Shown in pieces: positions 56,435-64,000 of a stretch of DNA of 64,000 nt. The stretch is taken from positions 260,933 to 324,932 of the forward strand of contig OZ243043.1 of NCBI GenBank assembly GCA_965212075.1. Reading direction: 5' to 3'. The translations under genes were made by a program, and so were the position numbers. The notes under the pieces were generated by a model. It saw only the letters and a program-made list of their open reading frames with translations, did no database searches and had not been told where the DNA came from. This stretch comes from Alphaproteobacteria bacterium (GTDB taxonomy: Bacteria; Pseudomonadota; Alphaproteobacteria; JAPOUT01; G958296285). How positions within the stretch are numbered: position 1 is the first letter of the stretch; each line of letters starts with the position of its first letter.

Positions 56435-56970
56435 ATCAAAAGCGGGTGAACCAAAAAATTGCGCGCGCCGCTGTATATTTGGCTGTATATTTGCTGGTCG
56501 GCCAGTTCGCTTTCGCGCAATTTGCGCTGGCGATGACGCCGCCGCCCGATGCCGCGACCATCAACTTTGATCGCGGCATCCAAAATTTCAGGCTGGGACA
56601 TTTCCAAAAGGCGCTCAAAGATTTTAATCGCGCGATCAGGTTTAATCCCAAGCTCGCCGCCGCTTATGCCGGTCGCGCCAATGCCAGATTTGGGCTGATG
56701 GATTATCGCCGCGCCATCAAAGATTTTGACCGCGCGATCAAGCTCATGCCCCATGTGGCGGATTTTTACCGCGATCGCGCCACCGCCAAATATCGGCTCC
56801 AGCGATATCACGAGGCCATCCAAGATTATACCCAAGCTATTCGGCTCAATCCTGACGATACGCAGTCCTATTATTATCGCGGCTTCGCAAAAAAGGAACT
56901 CGGACAGCTTGACGCTGCCGAAAGAGATATTTTTCGCGGCAAAAAGCGCGGCGGGCTGTCAAACCCTTAA
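56431..56970 (+). CDS. secreted TPR-repeat protein
   Basis: Signal peptide and four 34-aa repeats (AxxDFxRAIxLxP). Confidence 0.6.
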   Translation: MNQKRVNQKIARAAVYLAVYLLVGQFAFAQFALAMTPPPDAATINFDRGIQNFRLGHFQKALKDFNRAIRFNPKLAAAYAGRANARFGLMDYRRAIKDFDRAIKLMPHVADFYRDRATAKYRLQRYHEAIQDYTQAIRLNPDDTQSYYYRGFAKKELGQLDAAERDIFRGKKRGGLSNP

Positions 56971-57022
56971 TTTGATATTTCCGCTAAATCAAATTATGAT
57001 ATGAGATCAATTAAAGGGGGCA

Positions 57023-57583
57023 GTGATGCAGCCAATCAAAATTACGATGTTTCGCTGGGCCGGCAAATGGGGCCCGTTTGAAGTCAAGATCCCGTGCGGA
57101 GAATGCGCGGTCACCCAAGATATTTTGCAAGATGTGATTGACAAAGAGCTTGACGGTGTGCCGATTGAGCTCGATGTGCGCGAATGGCTCAGCGAATGGT
57201 GGAAGCCTTTAAGGCGCGGCGCATGGCACGCGCCGATCGTTATGGTGGAAGGCCATGTCGTCTCCGAAGGCGAGGCCATCAATCGCGGCGTGTTGTGCCA
57301 GAAAATTACCGAGCTTTATACCAAGCGCGCTCAGCTTGAAGGCAACATCATGTTCGGCAAGCAGACCTGTCCGCATTGTCATCGCGCCAAACAGATGCTG
57401 GATGATAAAAATATGGATTATCGCTACCATGATGTCGTTGAGAATCCGCGCGCGCTTTATGAAATGTTCGCGCGCGTCAAGCCGATCGTCGGGCCAAAAA
57501 CGCCGATCACCGTGCCGCAAATCTGGCTTGATGGCAGCTATGTTGGCGGCGCCGATCAGCTCGCCGCACATTTTGCGTCCTGA
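57023..57583 (+). CDS. glutaredoxin-domain protein with a novel N-terminal domain
   Basis: C-terminal CPHC glutaredoxin motif (GKQTCPHCHRAKQML). The N-terminal 100 aa are unassigned. Confidence 0.55.
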   Translation: MMQPIKITMFRWAGKWGPFEVKIPCGECAVTQDILQDVIDKELDGVPIELDVREWLSEWWKPLRRGAWHAPIVMVEGHVVSEGEAINRGVLCQKITELYTKRAQLEGNIMFGKQTCPHCHRAKQMLDDKNMDYRYHDVVENPRALYEMFARVKPIVGPKTPITVPQIWLDGSYVGGADQLAAHFAS

Positions 57584-57615
57584 ATCCCCACATGATTTAT
57601 TAGTGAGGACAAAGC

Positions 57616-58281
57616 GTGCTTTGGATTCTGTTCGCTATTTTTGCCGCTGCCTGTGTGCTCTGGATTCTTCTGCCTTTACGCCATCATCAGGCACATCACG
57701 ATCAGGCGCATCACGATCAGGCGCATCACAACAAATTCGCCATGCTGGCTGTGATGACTTTCATTCCGCTTGGCGCTTTGGTGATTTATCTTTTCTCCGG
57801 CGCGCCGCAGATTGACGGCGCGCCGCAGGCCGAAAGGCTGGCCGCTGACAATCTGCCTCCGGTGGCTCTCGCCGCAAAAATTGAAAATCACCTCGCGCAA
57901 AACACAGGAGATTCTAAAGGCTGGCATTTGCTCGCCGCGCTCTATATGGCGCTGGGCAATTACCCGCAGGCCGAAGAAGCCTATCAGCGCGCGCGCGCGC
58001 TTATCGGCGATGAGCCGCCTCTGCTCACCGGACAGGCGCAGGCGATCATTTTTCAAAATCGCGGCGTCATCAGCCAGCGCGCCGACCAGCTTTTGAAGCG
58101 CGCATGGCAAAAAGCGCCAAATGATCTCGCAACGCTCTATTTTCTCGGCGAGGCCGCGCGGCAGGACACAAAAAAATCCCGCGCCCGCCAATTTTGGCGC
58201 AAGGCACTGCAGCAGGCGCGCAAGCAAAAAGACAAAGAATGGCAGGACATTCTACAGCGTAAACTTGCCGACTCAAAATAA
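57616..58281 (+). CDS. ccmI: CcmI/CycH-like cytochrome c maturation protein (2 TM plus periplasmic TPR) with a His-rich loop
   Basis: Two TM helices flank an HHQAHHDQAHHDQAHH loop, followed by a TPR-like periplasmic region. ccmEFH lie downstream. Confidence 0.45.
   Translation: MLWILFAIFAAACVLWILLPLRHHQAHHDQAHHDQAHHNKFAMLAVMTFIPLGALVIYLFSGAPQIDGAPQAERLAADNLPPVALAAKIENHLAQNTGDSKGWHLLAALYMALGNYPQAEEAYQRARALIGDEPPLLTGQAQAIIFQNRGVISQRADQLLKRAWQKAPNDLATLYFLGEAARQDTKKSRARQFWRKALQQARKQKDKEWQDILQRKLADSK
57688..57732 (+). repeat. 15-bp tandem repeat CAGGCGCATCACGAT x about 3, coding (AHHDQ)n
   Basis: Direct reading. It lies in the loop between the TM helices of the CcmI-like protein. Confidence 0.8.
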
Positions 58282-58364
58282 ATTGCAAATTCGTAAATCC
58301 GCAAATCCGTAAATCAATATCAGGGCGCGCTTTTTTTCTGTGGTGCACGTGATATAATTTTCGC

Positions 58365-59114
58365 ATGATTCGCGCCGCTGAAAATGCTAAAAGCTCCCGC
58401 CATGCCGGCACACTCCTGAAGCCGAAAAGCTGGCGCGCCGTCTTGGCTGATCTTCTGCCCGAAGAATGGGTCTTTGATCCTCTTGAAGATGATGTGTTGC
58501 ATAAGCCCGATTCCGCCGCAAGCTGGTTCGCGCTCGCGCGCGCCGAGCACCAGCGCGGATATTATGAAGATGCGCTCATCCATTATTCTTCCGCCATTGA
58601 CCTAAATATAGACTTTGCCCAAGCCCTCTTTTACCGTGGATGCGTTCAGCTCGCGCTGCGGCAATACCAAGAAGCGATTGAGGATTTCTCCCGCGCCATT
58701 GAAATTGACCCGCGCTATCTGCAAGCCTATTCGCAGCGCGGCATCGCGAAAGAGCGCCTGCTCCTCTACGAAGATGCCATTCAAGATCATAACACCGCCT
58801 TGATCCTTAAAGGCCGCCCCGTGCGCGCCAAACCGCGCCGCTCTCTCACGAGCGAACTCATTGGCCGCACCGCCAATGCAACACGTCTTTATATCATTCA
58901 GCCGCTTCAAGCTTTCATTGAAAAATATATCCGCGCCAATCGGCCTATTCCCTCGGTGCGCGCCAAAGCCAAAAAGAAAAAAATCACACCGAAAAAAGCC
59001 AGCAGTCTGGCAAAAACTCTGGCGGCCAAATACGCGTCCGCCGTGAAACTTATGCACACCTTCCGCGAGCGCCTTATGATGAGGCTATGGAAAAAGGGTG
59101 TGAAAAAAAGCTGA
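58365..59114 (+). CDS. TPR-repeat protein with a basic C-terminus
   Basis: Three TPR units (YYEDALIHYSSAIDLN...) and a Lys-rich tail. Confidence 0.5.
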   Translation: MIRAAENAKSSRHAGTLLKPKSWRAVLADLLPEEWVFDPLEDDVLHKPDSAASWFALARAEHQRGYYEDALIHYSSAIDLNIDFAQALFYRGCVQLALRQYQEAIEDFSRAIEIDPRYLQAYSQRGIAKERLLLYEDAIQDHNTALILKGRPVRAKPRRSLTSELIGRTANATRLYIIQPLQAFIEKYIRANRPIPSVRAKAKKKKITPKKASSLAKTLAAKYASAVKLMHTFRERLMMRLWKKGVKKS

Positions 59115-60031
59115 CCTTTTTGCAGGCGCGCACCGCGCAGGCGATTATCTGCGTGTTTGAGACAGGCCGCCCGCAGCCCGATTATGGCCGCGTCACTTAT
59201 CTCCCCGGCGATTATGGCCAGCTCTCTTATGGCCGCTCGCAATTTACGCTCACTTCCGGCTCGCTCTATCTGCTGATCAAGAGTTTCACCGCGCAAATGG
59301 CGGAACAGAAACACCCGCGGGTGGAACACCCGCTCGCGGCCTATTTGCCGCAATTTGAGGCCGCCGACCCCGCCCTCAATTACGACCTGACTCTGCGCGC
59401 TCTGCTCCAAGATGCCGCCCATGATCCCGCAATGCAAAAGGCTCAAGACCAGCTCGCTCAGCGCTTCTACTGGACGCCCGCCTGCAACGAAGCCGCGCGG
59501 TTCGGCTTGCACGAGCCGCTCGCCATCACGATCGTCTATGACAGCATCGTCCATGGCTCGTGGCCGCTCATCCGCCGCCGGACGAGCGATAAACATGGCG
59601 AACCCCAAAATATCGGCGCGCGCGACTGGGCGCTCTGCTACATCAAAGAGCGCCGCGCTTGGCTCATCGGCCATAAAAACCAGCTCCTCCATCACACCGC
59701 CTATCGTATGCGCGCGCTCAAGCGCCTCGCCGAACAAGGCAATTGGCGCTTAGACCTGCCTCTCTCGGTGCGCGGCATTACCATTGACCGCGCCGCCGTC
59801 TGCCAGCGCCCGCCGCAGCCCGCGCTCGCCGCCCAAGCGCCTCTGCTCCGCTTGACCCAGCCGCCGCTTGAGAGTCCCGAAATCGCCCAGATCGCCGCTC
59901 TGGTCGGCGCGCCCCAGCAAAATGTCTTTAACCGCGTCTTGGAAGGCCACATCAAAAAATTCCAAGCCGAGAACGGCCTCGTCTGTGATGGCATCGTCGG
60001 CCCGGCAACCCGCGCCGCGCTGGGGATATAG
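59087..60031 (+). CDS. GH46 chitosanase-like glycoside hydrolase fused to a peptidoglycan-binding domain
   Basis: N-terminal IICVFETG...YGRVTYLPGDYGQLSYGRSQFTLTSG resembles the GH46 catalytic N-lobe. C-terminal PG_binding_1 motif (ENGLVCDGIVGPATRAALG). Confidence 0.45.
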   Translation: MEKGCEKKLTFLQARTAQAIICVFETGRPQPDYGRVTYLPGDYGQLSYGRSQFTLTSGSLYLLIKSFTAQMAEQKHPRVEHPLAAYLPQFEAADPALNYDLTLRALLQDAAHDPAMQKAQDQLAQRFYWTPACNEAARFGLHEPLAITIVYDSIVHGSWPLIRRRTSDKHGEPQNIGARDWALCYIKERRAWLIGHKNQLLHHTAYRMRALKRLAEQGNWRLDLPLSVRGITIDRAAVCQRPPQPALAAQAPLLRLTQPPLESPEIAQIAALVGAPQQNVFNRVLEGHIKKFQAENGLVCDGIVGPATRAALGI

Positions 60032-60124
60032 TCTTAATTGGACTCTATAATTACCCGTGATAGGCTTGAAACCATCAAACGGGGGAAATGAAAGTGAAGC
60101 ATAACTTATGCTATTGAAGCTGGT

Positions 60125-60715
60125 ATGGCTGAAGAGAAAAAACAACACGAAAAAGAAGAAGATTTTGTCCCGAAACTTAGTCGGAGCACGATGATTTTGC
60201 GCCGTAATCTAATGGCTGTATCAACTCTTACCTTAATGGCATTAGTTTTTGATCTTGAGATCAATGCATCCAACATTTTAGGAATCAGCATAGATGGTTT
60301 AACAAAAAATGAAATCTATGCGGCAGCACTTATTTTTCTTGGATATTTTACGTTGCATTTTACTTGGAATGCTGTCATTGAATGGCGCGAATTGCGCATC
60401 AAATCAGTTGTTTTATTTAGTGAAGTTACTTCAGATGAAACAGAAATTAAATTAACCCCTTTTAAGACTATAAGAAGAGCTATATATGACCTTCAAGATG
60501 AAGCAAATTATTTTCCATTAGAAGACCATCCACCAGGCTACGAAGAAATAAGAACGTCGATAAGCGGAGAAGAGTTGAACAACTTATGGAGGATGCTAAA
60601 ATATGCTGCCATTCGTTTTTATGGTCTTGAAATAGGATTGCCTCTTTTTATGGCCATCTGTGCTATGGGGTGGCTTGCTTGGTCAATCATTGTGGCGACG
60701 TTCTTTCCTCATTAA
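60125..60715 (+). CDS. hypothetical 3-TM membrane protein in an AT-rich islet
   Basis: GC is visibly below the flanks. Hydrophobic segments: STLTLMALVF, AAALIFLGYF, PLFMAICAMGWLAWSIIV. Confidence 0.45.
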   Translation: MAEEKKQHEKEEDFVPKLSRSTMILRRNLMAVSTLTLMALVFDLEINASNILGISIDGLTKNEIYAAALIFLGYFTLHFTWNAVIEWRELRIKSVVLFSEVTSDETEIKLTPFKTIRRAIYDLQDEANYFPLEDHPPGYEEIRTSISGEELNNLWRMLKYAAIRFYGLEIGLPLFMAICAMGWLAWSIIVATFFPH

Positions 60716-60817
60716 GTGCCGGTTTTGGTGTAAAACGATTGTTCCCGCCGCCGCCCGTTCGCTGGATTCCCGCTGATAGAAGAATCGCCGAGAGCCTCGC
60801 CATTCGTTGCGGGAATG

Positions 60818-60840
60818 ACGGCGCTGGCGCGCCGTTTCTA
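60818..60840 (+). terminator. candidate intrinsic terminator ACGGCGC-tggc-GCGCCGT + TTTCT
   Basis: Perfect 7-bp stem, 4-nt loop and a weak T-run, about 100 nt after the membrane-protein gene. Confidence 0.35.
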
Positions 60841-60968
60841 GTAATGATGGCGCGGCCTCGTCGAGGCAAGCCTCCGAGAGGCTCGCGCCTTCATGCCATA
60901 GTCCTATAGCCTCGCGCGGCTTCGTGCTAATCTCCTGAAAAACATCCACCCCTTAGCGGAGAGCTCCC

Positions 60969-61391
60969 ATGACTTTGCGCGCGCAACGCGCTCTTTTGAT
61001 TACCGTTTTTGTCGGTCTCATTGCCGCCGCTGTCGCGCTCATCGCTTCGGCGCTGAGCTCTGATATCACTTTCTATAAAACTCCCAAAGAGATCGCCGCC
61101 GCTCACCCCGCTTTGGTCGGCACGCGGCTGCGCATTGGCGGCTTTGTCGAGCGCGGCTCGGTCAAAAAGCGCGGCGTTGAAATCTCTTTCTCCGTGACCG
61201 ATTTCTCCCAGCAGATCACGATCAGCTATCGCGGCATCCTCCCCGACCTTTTCCGCGAAGGGCAGGGCGTCATCGCTGAAGGCGAGCTCGTCAATCAAAA
61301 TTTTTTGCGCGCCGATAAAATTTTCGCCAAACATGACGAAAATTATCGCCCGCCAAATTTGCCTCACGCTGAACCGCTAGCAAAGCCATGA
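60969..61391 (+). CDS. ccmE: cytochrome c-type biogenesis protein CcmE
   Basis: TM anchor, OB-fold and the conserved heme-binding His region. Confidence 0.85.
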   Translation: MTLRAQRALLITVFVGLIAAAVALIASALSSDITFYKTPKEIAAAHPALVGTRLRIGGFVERGSVKKRGVEISFSVTDFSQQITISYRGILPDLFREGQGVIAEGELVNQNFLRADKIFAKHDENYRPPNLPHAEPLAKP

Positions 61392-63319
61392 TCGCTGAAT
61401 CGGGTCAATTTTTTCTGGCACTCGCTTTTGTCGCTGCATCAGCGCAAATGATGTTCGCGTTATTTGCCGGTTTGCGCGCGCCCTTCCAGCCTCCTTATGC
61501 CGCCGCCGCGCGCCAAGCCGCTTATGCGCATGGCTTTTTGCTGCTCTGCGCTTTTTTGGCGCTCGTTATTCTTTTTTTGCGATCGGATTTTTCCGTTGCG
61601 CTGGTTGCGCATCATTCCCATTCCACCAAGCCGCTGCTTTATAAAATCTCGGCAAGCTGGGGCAATCATGAGGGCTCGCTTTTGCTCTGGTCGTTATTTC
61701 TTGGCATCTGTTCGGCGGCGCTCGCTTTTTTTGCGCGCGCTGCCGACACATCTTATGGATCAAAATTGAAGCTGAGCGCGCTCTCCTGTCAAGGCGCAAT
61801 TTCAATTCTCTTTTTGGCTTTTTTGATCTTCGCCTCCAATCCTTTCGCGCGGCTGGTTCCGATCCCTTTTCAAGGCGCTGGCCTCAATCCGATCTTGCAA
61901 GACCCCGCGCTCGCAATCCATCCGCCGATTTTATATGTCGGCTATGTCGGTTTCTCTTTGGCTTTTTCTTTCGCCATCGCCGCTCTATGCCTCGCCCGCC
62001 GCACAGAGGATGCCCGCGCATGGGCCAACATCACACGATGGCCGATCCAGATCTCTTGGGTCGCTTTGACCGGCGGCGTCGCGCTGGGCTCGTGGTGGGC
62101 CTATCGCGAATTAGGCTGGGGCGGATTTTGGTTCTGGGATCCGGTTGAAAATGCCGCTCTGATGCCTTGGCTTGCCGGAACTGCTTTGTTGCACGCGGTC
62201 ATCATCACGCAAAAGCGCGGCAGCGCTCTGTCTTGGGCGGTGCTGCTGTCTATCTTGACCTTCTCTTTATCCATGCTCGGAACTTTTTTGACCCGATCGG
62301 GCATCATCGTCTCGGTCCACTCCTTCGCCAGCGATCCGACCCGCGGGATTTTTATTTTGCTGATCTTGACTCTGCTTTGCGGCGGCGGCTTTGCTTTGTT
62401 TGCTGCGCGCGCTCATCTTTTGGCGCGCGCCGGTTTGCCGACCAGCCTCAACAGCCGCGAGGCGGCCATCATGGCGAACAGCCTCTTTTTGATTGCCGCC
62501 TTGAGCGCCGTGCTCACCGGCACGCTCTACCCGATCATCTTTGAGGCGCTCACCGGCGAGACCATCGCCGTCGGCGCGCCCTATTTCAACGCGACCTTTA
62601 TTCCCATCATGCTGCCGCTCTTGCTGCTGATGCCGCTCGCCCCTTTTTTCGCTTGGGCGGGACAGCGCGCCGGTGCGGTGATCCGGCCTCTGGTTCCGGC
62701 GGCTCTCGCCGCTTTGCTCGGCGGGTTGCTCGTCGCTTTTGCGTTTGAGCCGCGTGGCATGGCGCTGGCTCTGGCATCGGCGCTTTCTGTCTGGGTCGTC
62801 GCCGGAGCGCTGACACGGCTCTGGGTGATGCGCCGCAACCTCGCTGCCGAAGCTGCGATGATCTGCGCTCATATCGGGGTTGGCCTCTTGCTGGCCGGAG
62901 TCATCGGCGCGGGTGCCGGACAAATAGAACACACAAAAGCCTTCGCCAAAGGCGAGGCCATCATGTTCGCCGGATATAAAATCAGCTTTGAGGGCGTCGC
63001 GCCGCATTTCGGCGCTGACTATCGCGCCGAGCGCGCAAAAGTGCTGATCCGCAATGTTCAAGGGGATGCTCTATTGGCTGAACTCACGCCGGAAGTCCGC
63101 CATTATATCGCGCGCGCCACGCCGACGCGCGAGGCGGCGATCAAGACATTTCTTTTTCCTCCCGCCGACCTCCATGCGATTTTGGGCGATCGGCTTGATA
63201 GTAATAAGCGCACGATGAAGTTTTATTATAACCCGCTCGCGCCTTTATTATGGCTGGGCGCTTTTATGATGGCGCTGGGTGGGGTTCTCTCTCTGATCCG
63301 GCGGGTGCGGAGGACATGA
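61388..63319 (+). CDS. ccmF: cytochrome c-type biogenesis protein CcmF (heme lyase)
   Basis: About 640 aa polytopic protein with the WGGFWFWDPVEN tryptophan-rich motif. Confidence 0.9.
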   Translation: MIAESGQFFLALAFVAASAQMMFALFAGLRAPFQPPYAAAARQAAYAHGFLLLCAFLALVILFLRSDFSVALVAHHSHSTKPLLYKISASWGNHEGSLLLWSLFLGICSAALAFFARAADTSYGSKLKLSALSCQGAISILFLAFLIFASNPFARLVPIPFQGAGLNPILQDPALAIHPPILYVGYVGFSLAFSFAIAALCLARRTEDARAWANITRWPIQISWVALTGGVALGSWWAYRELGWGGFWFWDPVENAALMPWLAGTALLHAVIITQKRGSALSWAVLLSILTFSLSMLGTFLTRSGIIVSVHSFASDPTRGIFILLILTLLCGGGFALFAARAHLLARAGLPTSLNSREAAIMANSLFLIAALSAVLTGTLYPIIFEALTGETIAVGAPYFNATFIPIMLPLLLLMPLAPFFAWAGQRAGAVIRPLVPAALAALLGGLLVAFAFEPRGMALALASALSVWVVAGALTRLWVMRRNLAAEAAMICAHIGVGLLLAGVIGAGAGQIEHTKAFAKGEAIMFAGYKISFEGVAPHFGADYRAERAKVLIRNVQGDALLAELTPEVRHYIARATPTREAAIKTFLFPPADLHAILGDRLDSNKRTMKFYYNPLAPLLWLGAFMMALGGVLSLIRRVRRT

Positions 63320-63723
63320 TGGCGCGCTATTTTTCCCGTTATTTTTCCCGTTATTTTTTTGTGGCCGCCTTTGCGGTGTTGTTGATGGGCTTCGTGCCTG
63401 ACCAAGCTCTGCCCGATCCCGAAAAAGAGGCGCAAGCGCAATATATCATTGCGCAATTGCGCTGCTTTGTCTGTCAGGGACAGCCGCTTGCGCAATCGGA
63501 TGTCGCTTTGGCGCGCGATCTGCGCCGCCTCGTGCGCGACAAAATCGCCGAAGGGCAAAGCACACAGCAAATCATATCTTTCATCACCGACCGCTATGGC
63601 CGCGATGTGCTGATGAACCCGCCTTTTGATCGGCAGACTTTCATCTTATGGCTGCTGCCTTTTATCGTTTTTGTGCTGGGAGGTATTTGGCTCTGGCGCA
63701 TAACTTCTGGCCGCCGCGCATGA
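63316..63723 (+). CDS. ccmH: cytochrome c-type biogenesis protein CcmH/CcmL
   Basis: Start moved to MMARYF (ATGA overlap with the ccmF stop). LRCFVCQGQ CxxC motif. Confidence 0.8.
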   Translation: MMARYFSRYFSRYFFVAAFAVLLMGFVPDQALPDPEKEAQAQYIIAQLRCFVCQGQPLAQSDVALARDLRRLVRDKIAEGQSTQQIISFITDRYGRDVLMNPPFDRQTFILWLLPFIVFVLGGIWLWRITSGRRA

Positions 63724-64000
63724 GCTGGGACGAAATCGCTCGTCAGTCTCTTCCGCGCGCCTTTGACCAAGCGCGCGCGCAAAGGATGACGGAAACATTG
63801 GAGATGAGCGCATCGCCGCAGCGCGATTTGCTCATCGCTGCCTTTGGCAATTCCGATTATCTCACGCGCCTCGTGCGGATTGCGCCCGATATGATCCCGT
63901 TTATATTCTCCGCCGCGCCCGAAGACATTTTGCGCCAAATATGCCGCGACGTTGCAAATTGCGCGCAGATGCAAGATAGAGATGCTTTCATGCGCGCTCT
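63720..64000 (+). CDS. glnE: probable glutamine synthetase adenylyltransferase GlnE, N-terminal fragment (continues past window end)
   Basis: ATGA overlap with the ccmH stop. AFGNSDYLTRLVRIAPDMI resembles the GlnE N-terminal region. Weak, from memory. Confidence 0.35.
   Translation, partial: MSWDEIARQSLPRAFDQARAQRMTETLEMSASPQRDLLIAAFGNSDYLTRLVRIAPDMIPFIFSAAPEDILRQICRDVANCAQMQDRDAFMRA

Noticed and set aside
60670-60909. 79-aa ORF within the GC-rich structured region
   Set aside because: No RBS and an Arg/Pro-rich translation. The region is better explained by nested RNA hairpins.

Overview
The window looks like a GC-rich (about 55-60%) alphaproteobacterial chromosome segment. Evidence for that lineage is a CcrM-type GANTC methyltransferase between mutY and rnhB, a complete RcGTA-like gene transfer agent cluster, a ccmI-like/ccmE/ccmF/ccmH block, and a DUF721 gene beside mutY. 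It is densely packed with housekeeping genes: a partial smc, dsbA-like, mutY, ccrM, rnhB, moaB, a family-4 UDG, ETF-QO, ispE, ispB, ppdK-glyS-glyQ, oligopeptidase B, msrB, a maoC-like gene, acyl-CoA synthetase, a crotonase, two tandem MFS paralogues, sufE, dadA, a cysI-type sulfite reductase with its DUF934/DUF2849 partners, a PQQ sugar dehydrogenase, an SDR, a nitroreductase, and a partial glnE. I found no rRNA, tRNA, CRISPR array or transposase. Five regions stand out:
1. An AT-rich islet at about 22.7-24.5 kb carries a standalone DGQHR (DndB/DpdB-like) protein and a small HTH protein. Next to it lies a divergent wHTH protein with a nuclease-like C-terminal region.
2. A translationally coupled five-gene operon at 28.9-33.1 kb resembles the R64/PAPI-1 type IVb pilus order PilL-PilN-(PilO/P)-PilQ. 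It has no pilin, platform or prepilin peptidase, and its GspE/PilB-family ATPase has lost the Walker A P-loop. This is my best candidate for an undescribed or repurposed secretin module.
3. A DnaA-domain-IV-like gene plus a C-terminal-HTH gene resemble a split GafA (GafY/GafZ-like) GTA activator. They sit about 4 kb upstream of the GTA cluster and are preceded by a repeat-rich AT promoter.
4. An 11-bp-arm perfect inverted repeat lies upstream of GTA g1, and a 15-bp x5 coding tandem repeat sits at the 3' end of the GTA prohead protease gene.
5. An AT-rich membrane-protein gene is followed by a highly structured 250-nt GC-rich noncoding region in front of ccmE.
All calls are by eye from motifs, with no database searches; start sites were adjusted where signal peptides, ATGA overlaps or family-typical N-termini supported it.
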